Below the pieces are notes generated by a model. The model was not told the origin of the DNA and did not search any database. It saw nothing but the letters and a program-made list of their open reading frames with translations. The position numbers and the translations under genes are program-made. Below are positions 12,558-24,999 of a DNA stretch of 64,000 bases, piece after piece. The first letter of the stretch is position 1. Each line of letters begins with the position of its first letter. Location: positions 3,038,001-3,102,000 of the forward strand of contig NW_027140989.1 of assembly GCF_036365525.1 (NCBI RefSeq). Reading direction: 5' to 3'. This stretch comes from Heterodontus francisci (lineage: Eukaryota).

Positions 12558-12911
12558 CTGCAGTACTGTAGACTAATGATCAGACAGCACCTGGAATCTG
12601 CAGTACTGTAGACTAATGATCAGACAGCACTGGGAATCTGCAGTACTGTAGACTAATGATCAGACAGCACTGGGAATCTGCAGTACTGTAGACTAATGAT
12701 CAGACAGCACCGGGAATCTGCAGTACTGTAGACTAATGATCAGACAGCACCGGGAATCTGCAGTACTGTGGACTAATGATCAGACAGCACTGGGAATCTG
12801 CAGCACTGTAAACTAATGATCAGGCAGCACCGGGAATCTGCAGTACTGTAGACTAATGATCAGACAGCACCGGGAATCTGCAGTACTGTAGACTAATGAT
12901 CAGACAGCACC
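12558..12911 (+). repeat. 40-bp minisatellite, ~9 units
   Basis: Unit CTGCAGTACTGTAGACTAATGATCAGACAGCACYGGGAAT. Confidence 0.95.
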
Positions 12912-13660
12912 TCTTTACCCTCTCTCGTGCAGTTATATCATTTCTGTAATGAGGTGACCAGAACTGCACACAGTTTCAGGTATGTGAGGGTACGGTTCAA
13001 TCTCTATCTTTCTGTATCCAGGATGTGTCCCTCTTGTGAGATTGATATAGTGTCTTTCAATCTGATCGTGGATGTGCTTTTGAATTGAGATTGATGTACC
13101 TAACTTGCAGCAGTACAGAATTGGAATGCATTGGACACAATGTCTGTCTCTTCTGCTTTGTTTGATTGCTGGATTGAAAATGTGTCTCTGAACTTGGGAT
13201 CAGTGAGAGTTTGACTACCTCTGCTCCATGTGACTCTGGAATTAACTGATGGCCTCTGGGAGTGATAGCATACCAACTCTGTGTTGCAAGGAGCTGACTG
13301 CACATTTCCTTGTACCTGGGAATCATCACATTCATTCTGTTCCCTTGAAGTATTTGCCTACAGAAAGGAAGAACAACATATCTTGGAACTGAAGATCAGT
13401 TGAGGTGGAAGCGTGAAAAGAGATTAATGTAATATTTCAATCCATAATCATTATTACTAACCACAAATACTCACCAGAAATACAAAGAATGTCAGTGTCT
13501 GATTTCACTGCAGATCTTAGCATCTGCTGACCAGGTGTTTTGGCCGATTTACAACAATTTAGTGACATCCAGAAACAAGGCAACATCTGCACTGCTCCAA
13601 GATTGGGATAACCTGAGGGATGTTTGTACAGATCAGGTTTCTATTTCCATCTGACATTAT

Positions 13661-13975
13661 AACATAAGAACCTAAGAAGTAGGAGCAGGAGTAGGCCATT
13701 CAGCCTCTCGAGTCTGATCCGCCATTCAATGAGATCATGGCTGATCTGATCATGGATTCAGCTCCATTATCCTACCTGCTCCCCGAACAAATTACTCCCA
13801 TACAGATCAAAAGTTTAACTCATCCTTGAATATATTTAACAACCCAGCCTCCAGTGCTCTCTGAGGTAGAGAATTCCAAAGATGACTGACGCTTTGAGAG
13901 AAGGAATTCCTCCTTACCACCGTCTAAAATGGGAGACTCCTTATTCTGAAACTGTGCAGCCTGGATCTTGATTCA
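13661..13975 (-). mobile_element. CR1-type LINE 3' end
   Basis: AACATAAGAA tail followed by GGAGTAGGCCATTCAGCC..GAGAATTCCAAAGA, the reverse of a CR1 3' region. Confidence 0.75.
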
Positions 13976-14359
13976 ACTATTCACTGTACACTCACAGTAA
14001 ACATCGTGAAACAGGATTTAAACCACGAACATGCATCACAGAACTGAGGCGAGAAACAGCAAAGATTTTCAACAGCAGCTTATTCACGTTCTGTCTCACT
14101 TACCCAGTGCACAAACACAGGCCGAGAAAGGCCTCTCCATTCCGCCGCTCACTCCATGTTGCGGGATCAGTTCATCCTCCACATTGCCTCTCACAAACAG
14201 CCCGCGACTCCCCCTGAACTTGCTCCGGAGACAATGGCGATCTTTGATCCAGACTGCAGACAGGGTCCTAAAGCAATGTGTTGCTGGAAGCAGATTGCAG
14301 TTTGCTGCCTTACCCCGAGGCCGTAATATCTCCATTCCCTCTGTTAAAAACTAACTCTT

Positions 14360-14480
14360 TCCGCTCACTGAGTAAATGGCGTTCAACGGATTTGCTGGTG
14401 GAGGGGAGCGCGCATTGCGCTCGTTCGCTCATTCACAATCACTGGTGGGGGCGGTGCTGTACCGCGCATGCGCCTCATTC
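14360..14480 (-). promoter_or_regulatory. Orphan CpG promoter, probably directed leftward
   Basis: GCGCATGCGC (NRF1), GGGGCGG and GCGCGCATTGCGC; minus-strand donor TGG|GTAAGT at 14098-14103. Confidence 0.5.
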
Positions 14481-15004
14481 GGCAATGGTTGGAAAAACAA
14501 AAAACAATCGGAACTTTCTCCAGTTCAGTTTTATCTGATTTTGAGCAATGGAACCGGGACTGTGGGCAAGATTAGAGGAGGTTTCCAGCTGGGAGATTAC
14601 CCTTTTACCAAGCTCAACTTGAGATCATTCTCTGCAATATGTTTGCTGTTCATTCGCTCGAATTCTCAAAGTGATCCTCCGAGGGAGTCGATGTGTTTGC
14701 AGGAATGGCGCAGGAGTCAATTTCTGACAGTTACAGTCACAGATCAATTTAATCAGATTGAAACTGTCTGTCGCTGAGAGTCATAGCGAAGGGTTTGAGC
14801 TGAAAGATTACAGAGAGTTCAACAGGGCATAGAAAGTTACACTTGGGACATTGTATGGCTCACTCTCTGACACTTTCCCGGACTGTTAGATTAATAATGT
14901 GTCCTCCTCTGGCACCATATCAGTGAGAGATGAGGTTGTAACGTCTGTTTCCCCAGGCGGATCTTTCGAGATAAAAACGAATCTTACATTTCATTCGACA
15001 GCTC

Positions 15005-16030
15005 AATAATTACAGGCGACTCAGTCTCACCTCAGTAGTGGGAAAATTATTGAAATCTATTCTGAGATACAAGATAAACTGTCACTTAGAAAGGCACATA
15101 CAAACTGAATTGAATTTTTAAAAAGGATTATAGATGAGGGTAGTGCAGTTGATGGATTCTGCATGAATTTTAGCTTTTGACAAGGTCCCAAAATACAGAA
15201 TCTTTAAAAAATAAAATCTCATGGGATCCAGGGAAATGCAGCAAGGTGGATGCAAAATTGGCTCAGTGGCAGGAATTGTTGAAGGCTGCTTTTGAGACTT
15301 GGAGGGCTGCTTCCAGTGGTTTTCCCCAGGGCTCAGTAATGGGTCCCCTGTTTTGTTGATGATCTATACAAACAATTTGGACATAAATGTTGAGGGACAC
15401 GATCAAGACGTTTGCAGACGACACCAATATTGGCCGTGTGGTTGATAGCGAGGAGGATTGCTGTGGACCGGAGGAAGATGTTTGTGGTCAGGTCTGAAGG
15501 GCAGAAAAGTGGCAAATAGAATTCAATCCAGAGAAGTGTGACGTGATGCCCTTGGGGAGGTCAAACAATGCAAAGGAATACACGATTAATGGGAAAATAC
15601 TGAGAGGAGCAGAGGAGGTGAGGGACCTTCCAGTAAATGTCCACAGATCCCTGAAGGTAACAGAGTGGGGCGGTAATATGGTTAAGATGACATATGGAAT
15701 CCTTTCCTTTATTGGCCGAGTTATAGAATATAAGAGGAGGAAGGGTATGCTGGAACTTTATCATCATTGGTTAGGCCAGAACTTGAGTTCTGTGTGCAGT
15801 TCTGGTCACGTCATTACAGAAAGGATGTAACTGCACTCGAGAGAGTACAGAGGAGATTTATGAGCATGTTGCCAGGACTGAAAAATGCAGCTCTGAGGAA
15901 AGATTGAATAGACTGTGGTTGTTCTCCTTGGAACAGAGAAGGCTGACGGGAGATCTGATTGAAATGTATAAAATGCTGAAGGGGCTGGATAGAGTGGAGC
16001 TGAAGGGTCTATTTACCTCAGCATTGAGAT
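15005..16030 (+). mobile_element. CR1 LINE ORF2 (RT) fragment, degenerate
   Basis: NYR..SLTSVVGKLL, SGFPQGSVMGP, FADDT and SLEQRRLTGDLIEMYK motifs. Confidence 0.9.
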
Positions 16031-16653
16031 CAAAACCTGTCCTGGGAACTCTGCATTTTTCGAACAGTTCGGCATGGGAATGTGTAGATGTGAATATTGT
16101 GTAAGAGAGAGTGTATTAAAGGGGCAGGCGGGTTAGTCTAATGTCACTGTGTTTGTGGGTTAGGACTCATCGCCGGATTTCCGAGTCCCCTTTGTGTCAA
16201 GTAACAAGATGTTCCAGTCAAAGAAGCACATTGCTCCCCTTCTCATTCCCAAAGTGGGAATTCAGTGTAGTTTCTTTGTTCATTTCAAGATTTCCGTCAA
16301 AATGTAGAGAACACGTCAGCTATCGGGGGAGAGAGCGCCATCAGTGCAGCAATAAAACGGGTTTCAGTCAAAAATGGAGTCTTTACTTCAAGTGCAAACC
16401 TTTCGACAGCAAGCATTCTGATGTCAGAGACAGGAAGGATCAAGTCTGGGACTCTGCAGTACCCGAATTTCAGTGGAATTGGAGAGTTTAGGGCCAGAGA
16501 GAATCACAGAGAGGCAGCAGGAGCCGGGAGCTGACAGAAGGTTGTCTCCGCCTCCGTCCGCTCACTGCCTTTAAGTTGCTCAGTGCCGCCACCACCGGCT
16601 TCATTTCTGACCCAGTTCCTACTGACAGAGAGAATTTGTGCAGAGTCCTGGAC

Positions 16654-17342
16654 ATGACCGATACAGCAGCCGGCGAAACGGCTCCTCCAGCCGCCGCCGC
16701 TCAAGTCAAGACACCCAAGAAGAAGAAAGCGGCTCCCCGGAACAATTCAGCCGGTCCCACGTTGAGCGAGAAGATCCTCAAGATTGTGGCGTATTGCTCC
16801 GATCGCAGGGGGACCTCACTGCCCTCCATAAAGAAGGCTCTGGGTAGGAGCGGTGTGGATGTGGGGAAGTTCAGGACCCAAATCAAGCAAAGTATCAGGA
16901 GGAATGTGAACAAAGGCTCCCTGGTGCAGAACAGCGGTACGGGCGTCTCCGGCTCCTTGAGAATCCCCAAGCAGGGAACCAAGGGAAATGTGGGAAAGAA
17001 AGTGAAGTCAGCAGCAGCCAAAAAACCTTCAGTGAAGAAAACAGCTGGCAAGAAAGTGACAGCAAAGAAATCAGCAGCCAAGAAATTACCAGTCAAGAAA
17101 CTAGCAGCCAAGAAATCGGCATCGAAGAAAGCAGCAGGCAAGAAAGTGGCCAGCAAGAAGGCGGCAACGCCAAAGAAATCCCCAGCGAAGAAAGCAGCGC
17201 TTCCGAAAAAGTCTCCTGTGAAGAAGGCCAAAAAACCAAGAGTGCCACGGGCGGAAAGGCACTCAAGAAAGTTCAATCATCAAGGGGCAAGACCAAACAG
17301 AAAGCAGCAAAGGCTCAGAAAGCAGCCCCTGGAAAGAAGTGA
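16654..17342 (+). pseudogene. H1: Histone H1, copy 1, with a -1 frameshift in the C-terminal tail
   Basis: MTDTAAGETAPPAAAA..; winged-helix domain ending GSLVQNSGTGVSGSL; Lys/Ala tail; 689 nt to the ancestral TGA versus 690 in copy 2. Confidence 0.9.
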
Positions 17343-17378
17343 AACTGCACGGGAAACTTGTAGACATCTGAACCCAAG

Positions 17379-17394
17379 GGCTCTTTTCAGAGCC
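17379..17394 (+). terminator. Histone 3' stem-loop of H1 copy 1
   Basis: GGCTCT-TTTC-AGAGCC-ACCCA, then HDE GAAAGAGCTG. Confidence 0.92.
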
Positions 17395-17935
17395 ACCCAC
17401 ATCTCTCAGGAAAGAGCTGATGCCCCGATCAAATGATCCCTGTCCCCCCGCCGTGTGCACATTTCACATCGAAATTATGGGAAGTAAATGCAGGATCCCT
17501 GGTGACTCACTGACATACACTACACTCAGCCCTTCCCCTACTCTCTGTAACAAAACAGAGGGATGTCCCGGCCTCACTGTAACTGGGGATATGTTCGGTA
17601 CAGTCTCAGTTCATGCTCGTTTCACTAATTCAGAGTGTGAGGGTCTAAAACAGGAAACTGGCGTGAAATCCCGCGTCACAACTCAAACCCTAATACATGA
17701 GTTTCTCTAATTCAGCTGGGGTAAGGTGTTAGTAAACTGATCAATCCGTCTGGGAGGGGAGGTGTGTGGAAACGGGTTGACTTGTGATCGGAAGCACTGT
17801 ACTTAGGCGGATATATGATCAACTTTTAATTGTTATCGATCCTTATCTAAAAGCTCCGGGTTTCTGTTATCTTTGACTAGAAAGGGCGTGTCTGGAAGTT
17901 TTGTGCTGAGCTCTGTTGTTGAGCAATGTTTTTTT

Positions 17936-18082
17936 TTTGAATTGGCGGTTCGAGCAAGTGGGAGGCGGAGCTGGAGGATGAAAGACATTTCTCTGCTCTG
18001 TCTGTCACTCAGTTTCCTCTCCGCCCCGCCTCTCACTCTCTGTCCCTTTTTCAGTCAGGTCCGGGCGGGCTGTGTAAAAAAG
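17936..18082 (+). promoter_or_regulatory. H4 promoter
   Basis: TTTGAA-TTGGCGG, GC boxes and an H4 site II-like TTTTCAGTCAGGTCCG; TATA mutated to TGTAAAA (TATAAAA in copy 2). Confidence 0.7.
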
Positions 18083-18135
18083 GCAGCAGAAACAGCTCGT
18101 TTCTCATTCAGCAGTGATTTGACTGAAGAAGCGTC

Positions 18136-18449
<314 letters not shown>

Positions 18450-18478
18450 ACAAATCCACCCTTTCTACCAAACACAAA

Positions 18479-18494
18479 GGCTCTTCTAAGAGCC
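18479..18494 (+). terminator. Histone 3' stem-loop of H4 copy 1
   Basis: GGCTCT-TCTA-AGAGCC. Confidence 0.9.
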
Positions 18495-18831
18495 ACGCAA
18501 AGATCACAGAGAGTGCAGTGACATTGGAATTGGAATTAATAAGATCAAGTTATCTGCATATTGTTTATCTTTATCAACAACGGCTTTGATACATCATTAC
18601 AGTCTCTCATTAAATTTACATATCGCAGAAATTTCACTGTCTTTTTTTGTTCGTTGTTTATCAAACGCATCATGAATTAAACGGTTGCATTTGATAATTT
18701 ATACGTGAGGGTCTGAACTGCCGGCACGAAGCGGGATTTACTGCCGTTATAGTTAGTAATGACTGGCGCTTTATTCCCGCCAGAGACCACTATACAAACT
18801 GTGTTGTAAGACACAGAGGGGGATCTAGGAC

Positions 18832-19000
18832 TTTAGAATTAGAATTAGAACATTACAGCGCAGTACAGGCACTTCGGCCCTCGATGTTGCGCCAACCTGT
18901 GAAACCTAATTCTAATTCTAATCTAATCTACACCATCTGACCTGCAATATTCCATTTTCATCCACATGTCTATCCAATGACCACTTGACCAATGACTAAT
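18832..19000 (-). mobile_element. Short CR1-type 3' tail insertion
   Basis: (TTAGAA)n tail plus CAGGCACTTCGGCCC; absent from the paralogous site at ~63930. Confidence 0.65.
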
Positions 19001-19092
19001 AAATAAAGCTACAGGGAGTGATATTTTATAATTGTTCCCGTTATATTAGGTGTCGTTTCAAAAAAAATCGTTGCCTTGTTTGCTAATCTGAG

Positions 19093-19733
<641 letters not shown>

Positions 19734-19776
19734 ACTCACCCTGCCCCGAACTGAGTTTGGCATCAAATAACACAAC

Positions 19777-19792
19777 GGCTCTTTTAAGAGCC
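19777..19792 (+). terminator. Histone 3' stem-loop of intact H3
   Basis: GGCTCT-TTTA-AGAGCC-ACCAA, then HDE AAAGAGCTG. Confidence 0.95.
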
Positions 19793-20067
19793 ACCAAATC
19801 GGCAAAACAAAGAGCTGCGATCACCTGTTATCAGAGAAATGTGGTCTAGAGCAGCGATACCAATGTGCACAGATCATTTTATTCGAGGGGCGATCATTTT
19901 AGGACTCAACAAAAGCTTTATTTGTGCAGAAACGCTGGAATTGTTAAAATGCCTGACAAATATCTCCAGTGGCAAGCGGCTAAATCCCGAATCATACCAA
20001 CACAAAGCAGCGCTTGCATCATAAAATTGTCGTCTCTCAGACAGGTACCAGCCCTTTCACAGATAAA

Positions 20068-20358
20068 GTGGCTGTCTCTGAAAAGAGACTTTGGGCCAGC
20101 TGGAGTTGTCTGGGGATGATGCGGGACTTCTTGTTGTTGTCCCGGGCCGCGTCACCGGTCAGCTCGAGGATTTCAGCTGTCAGAGACTCTTGCAGAGCAG
20201 CCAGATAGACCGGGGTTCCGACACCCACACGCTCAGCAGAGTTCCCTATTTCTCAGAAGCCAGTGAACACGGCCCACCGCGAACTGCAATCCAACCCAGG
20301 AGGAATGAGACTTGGCCTTGCCCCGAGCTTTGCCACCGGTCTTCCCTCTTCCAGACAC
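20068..20358 (-). pseudogene. H2A: Histone H2A pseudogene, copy 2
   Basis: Start ATG>GTG (20356-20358); same GAAATAGGG frameshift and same deletion after LQLA as copy 1; altered stem-loop. Confidence 0.9.
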
Positions 20359-22309
20359 TATTTCCCCCCCCAAAAAATATACTTTATTCACAAAAATCTA
20401 TAAAAACTACATTACAAAACAGTTGAGGAAGAATGATCAAATCCGCCCACTTATCCCTTCTGGATGAATGATAGTGAGGACACTGGTGATTGGTCACTCT
20501 GTGCAGCTTCTCATTGTGTTGTTCATGTTACCAATCAGATAGTTGCTTAGTTCACCAATCCAGAGACATCATGTTAATAAGGCGGAAAATAACCGCGCCG
20601 GATTGGCAGACTCCAAACCGTTTCTTTTTCAAATTTGAAAAGCCCGCCAACAGAATTCTAAAACAAGGAGCGGCTTCACTGCATATCAAGTTAATAGATC
20701 ATATAGCCTTACGACAGGGATGTAAAAATATCCCCCATATTGTATTATTTCACATTTTCTCACAAGTTCCAGATTCGCTTTTCCAATCCGGCATCTATTC
20801 AGATTCATTTTCTGTCCTGTTTTGAAACAGTCTGTAACCGGCAGGCAAAAAGCCTCATTCACAGCATTCTGTAACCGGATACGTTTCAGATCAATGTTAA
20901 AAAAAACAAATCACACATTATAAATTGGTCCCGATTCGTGGGAGACAAAAGCGGAGTGTGGATTTTCAGTGTGAGGTGTTAAAGTTTGAGACTGAGGGTT
21001 CCTGCACCAACGGGGTTTCTGAATAATGTACTTATTAATTATTGAAGCTGTGCTGATGGGTGGTCTGGGCCTTTCTCTTTGTTAGTGTCCGATATGTGAA
21101 TTTGGAGTTTAATCTGTGCCTGTCAGTTTCTGCTCTGGAAGGTGGTTTGATTTTCCCTCTGTACATGTTAGTCAGTAATATGTTTGTGTAGCTTTACACT
21201 GCACATGTTAATTGATGACAGGTGAGTCTGGTTTTCACTCGACATGTCAGTCTCTGGTTTGGAGGCCTCGACTATATTCTGTACCTATCAAACATCTATA
21301 TATGAGGGTGGGTTTTAACCTGTTCCTGTCAATCTGTTTTATGTCAGTACTGTTTATTATCTGTATCTGTAAGTTTCTGATGAATAAATGTGGACGGAAT
21401 CGCATCCGAGTCATTGATCATTAAGAGTTATTTTACACTGCAACTGCCAGTATCTGATATGTGAGTGTGGGTTGTGATCTGCATCTGCCCGTTTCTGGTA
21501 TGTGACATGAGCATTGTTTTTACTCTGTGTGTGTTAGCCTCACGTGTCAGAAGCTGGGTTTAGTTGAACATCTCACTCTCTGCTGTATGATTCTGGATTT
21601 TCATCTGTAATGTTATTATCTGAGATGGGCATGTGAATTTTATTCTGTGTGCCAATTTCTGGGATGTGTGTGTGTGTTCTTTCTGTTCCTGTCAGTTTCT
21701 GACATGTGAATATGGATTTTCCTCTGTTCTGGTCAGTTACTGCAATGTAAGTCGCTCCTTTATTCTGTGCAGTCAGTTTCTGGTCTGGAAGAAAGATTTT
21801 TATTCTTTACCTTTTATATTCTGGCAAGTGAATGTGAGATCACCCTCTATCTGTCAGTTTGTGACATGTTACTGTGTCTTTTACTCTTCACCTGTCAGTT
21901 TCTGATATGTGAATGTGGATTTTATTCTGTATCTGTCAGTTACTACAAAGCAAGTATGTATTTTATTCTGTACCTGTTTGTGTCTTGGAATTGATCGGAG
22001 CTTTTACTCTATATCTGTCAGTCTCTGGAATGTGAATGTTGCTATTACTCTGTGTCTGTCTGTGTCAGATTTGTCAGCAAGTATTTAACTTTCCCTTTCT
22101 GTTCCTGACATATGAATGTGGATTTTACTATGTATCTCTCAGTTACTGGTATGTGATTGTGGGTTTTATTCTGTATCCACAAGCCTATGATCAGTGATTG
22201 TGACTTGTGTCCCAGGCCTGTCACTATCTTGTTTCATATGTCCATTATTCTGTGCATGTTACTTTACGGGAAATGACTGCAGGATTTATTCTTTTCCTGC
22301 CATATTACC

Positions 22310-22900
22310 ACAATGGCTTCAAAAGCTGATCAGAAGCCGGATATTCTGTGGTTAGTAACTCATGTCCTAACTCCTTAAAGACTTTCCATCACCTACAAGC
22401 CACAAGCCAGAAGTCTGATGGATTACACCCCAGTTGCCTGGATGTGTGCACCCCAAACAACACTCAAGAAACTCTATACCATCCAGGACAAAGCAGCAGG
22501 CTTGATTGGTTTACCATTCACCAGATTAATCATTTACTCCCTCCACCACCAGTGCACAGTGTGTACCATCTACAAGATATACTGCATCAACCTGAGGAAG
22601 CACCATGAAACAGCACCTTCCAAACCCCCGACATCTGCTACCAAGTAGAACATGGGCAGCAAATGTATGAGAACATTACCATCTGCAAGTTCATCTCCAG
22701 TTCATATGTCATCCTGGCTTGAAAATATAACACCATTCCTGCATCATCATTCAGTCCAAATTCTGCAACTCCCTACCTAACACCACTTTGGGTGTACCTA
22801 CACTACAAAGACTGGAGGGAGCAAGAAGGCCACTCGACACCATCTTCTAAAGGGCAATGAGAGATGGACAACAATTACTCTCCTTTCTACAGATGCTCAT
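22310..22900 (+). mobile_element. LINE fragment, paralog of 3830-4440
   Basis: MDYTPVAWMCAPQTTLKKLYTIQDKAAGLIG. Confidence 0.7.
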
Positions 22901-23671
22901 TATCCCATAAACATACACTTCAAATAATCATAAAGGTGTGTATATGAATAACATTTGTTCTGTATCTGTTCATCACTGGTACAGTATGAGTGTGGAAGTC
23001 ATTCTCCATCTGTCAGTCTGAAAGACAGGATCCGTTTGTTTATATTTATGGAACAATGAAGGAACTCTTACACATCAGGATCTGTCCAACTATCTGTCCC
23101 TCTTTGTATGGTATGAGAGTGAAGGATTTATTCTTTATCTCAGAATGTGGAATGTGACTGTGGGTTTTTCTCTGTATCTGTCAATTACTGATAAACAGAT
23201 GTGGGTTTTCCACTGTACCTGTCTACTTCTGATGTGAGTGTGATTTTAACTCTTTTCTGTCAGTATCCGATGTATGAGCACGTGCTTCAATCTACCTGCT
23301 AACTTCTGATGTGAGTGTGGGTTTTATTATGTATCTATCAGCTTCTGGTATGTATGTGTTGATTTTGTCATGTACCTGTCAGTTTCTGCTGAAGTGAACA
23401 GTCGTTTTGGTTTGAATCTCTCACGATCTGTTATATGAGAATGAGTATTGTTTTGTCCTTGTCAATTTCTGGAATAGCAGAGAAATGTGGTCTAGAGCAG
23501 CGGAACCAATGTGCACAGATCATTTTGTTGGAGGGGCGAGCAGTTTAGGACTAAACAAAAGCTTTATTTGCCGATCATTGTGTAAAAGCTTTCGTTTGTA
23601 TATACGGTAGAATTGCTAAAATCCCTGACAAATATCACAAGAGGGGAGCCGCTAAATGCCCGAATCCAGTA

Positions 23672-24017
23672 CGGAGAAGGCTGAGGGAAGATCTGATTGA
23701 AATGTATAACATTTTGGCGGGACTGGAGAGAGTGGAGGTGAAGAGTCTTAGCAGAGAGGTCAGTGACAATGGGGCATATGTTTAAAGTGATTGCTGGAAA
23801 AATTAGAGGGAAAACGAGGATTTTATTTTCACCCAGAGGGTGGTGGGGGTCTGCCACACACTGCCTGAAAGGGTAGTTGAGGCAGAGACCCCCAACTTAT
23901 TGAAAAGGAATCTGGATATGCATCTCAAGTGCTGTAATCTGCAGGGCGATGGACTGAATGCTGGAAGGTGGGATTAGAATAGGTGGGTCGTTTTTCGGCC
24001 GGCACCGACACGATGGG
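23672..24017 (+). mobile_element. CR1 LINE 3' fragment replacing the body of an H2A gene
   Basis: RRLREDLIEMYNI motif through the 3' UTR GACACGATGGGC, abutting the H2A stub. Confidence 0.75.
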
Positions 24018-24048
24018 CTTTACCACCGGTCTTCCCTCTTCCAGACAT
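24015..24048 (-). pseudogene. H2A: H2A 5' stub with promoter retained at ~24050-24700
   Basis: Minus strand ATG TCT GGA AGA GGG AAG ACC GGT GGT AAA GCC = [11 protein letters not shown]; upstream TATAAAT and homology to 20400-21040. Confidence 0.85.
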
Positions 24049-24999
24049 TTCCACAATCTGACAAACACTTTCAGGAAGACAGCTGAGAAAAGCCCACAAT
24101 AGTCCCATTTATACCTTCGGGAGGAATGGTGTCGGGGGCACTGCTAATTGGTCACTCTGCACTGGGTGTCATTGCACTCTTCATTTGACCAATCAGAGAG
24201 CTGCCAATCCGGAGACGCCAAGGAGATGAGGGCGGAAAATAACGGCGCGAAATTGTCAGACTGCAAACGATTTCTCAAATTTGAAAAGCCCGCCAATATA
24301 TTTGTAAAGTACAGAGCGGCTTCAATATAGATCATCACATTTATAGGTAACTTGGTTTGACAGCAAATATTTTAAAATCTTTTTCATATTGTATTATTCC
24401 ACATGTGGTAACAATTTCCAGATTCACTTTCACATTCCGCCATCTATTCGGGTTTACACTCTATCCTTTTTGAAACATTCTATAACCAGCGGACAGAAAG
24501 CCTCTTTCACAACATTCTGTAAGCATTTCAGCTCAATGTTCCTAATGATACCGCATCACTGACTATAGATTGATCCCTATTGGTGAGAGATAACAGCGGA
24601 GTGTATAATCTTAGTGTCAGGTGTCAAAGAGTGAGACTGAGGGTTCCCACACCACCGGGGTTTCTAGACAATGTGCTGATTACTTATTGAGGACAAACTT
24701 TGATCTCGAGATATGAGTGACTGAGAAATGATGCCTGTGCGTTAAATCAGATTTTGTTATCGAAATACAGAAGAGGGGCCGAATATGAACGCGTCCGTGA
24801 ACAAAGCTCACAAATGGTCAGTAATTAATGATCGGAACATTATTAAGTAGAGACAGGAAGATCGTACGGGCAGTGAAACTGTATTAACCAGAATCTGTGG
24901 GATTAAAACAGAGATCACAAAGGCAGTTAGAAAATAATCATTTTTAGCAAATAATATTTGCTAAAAATATCAAAACAAATTGATATTATAGAGATTAAT

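Larger units (their letters stand above)
7648..12911. repeat. Inverted duplication arm B1 (partner ~49510-55019; a third, direct copy lies at ~33000-41700)
   Basis: Paired ORFs 10590-10772(-)/51837-52019(+)/35807-35989(-), 10238-10471/52139-52372 and 9325-9513/52956-53273. Confidence 0.9.

Noticed and set aside
12558-12911. Palindrome-containing 40-bp repeats (and the 29/41/46-bp arrays) as CRISPR-like arrays
   Set aside because: Units are head-to-tail with no unique spacers, there are no cas-like ORFs, and the context is vertebrate.
16701-17276. 191-aa hydrophobic ORF (also 61802-62368 and 19290-19805)
   Set aside because: Antisense shadows of H1 and H3 codon usage.
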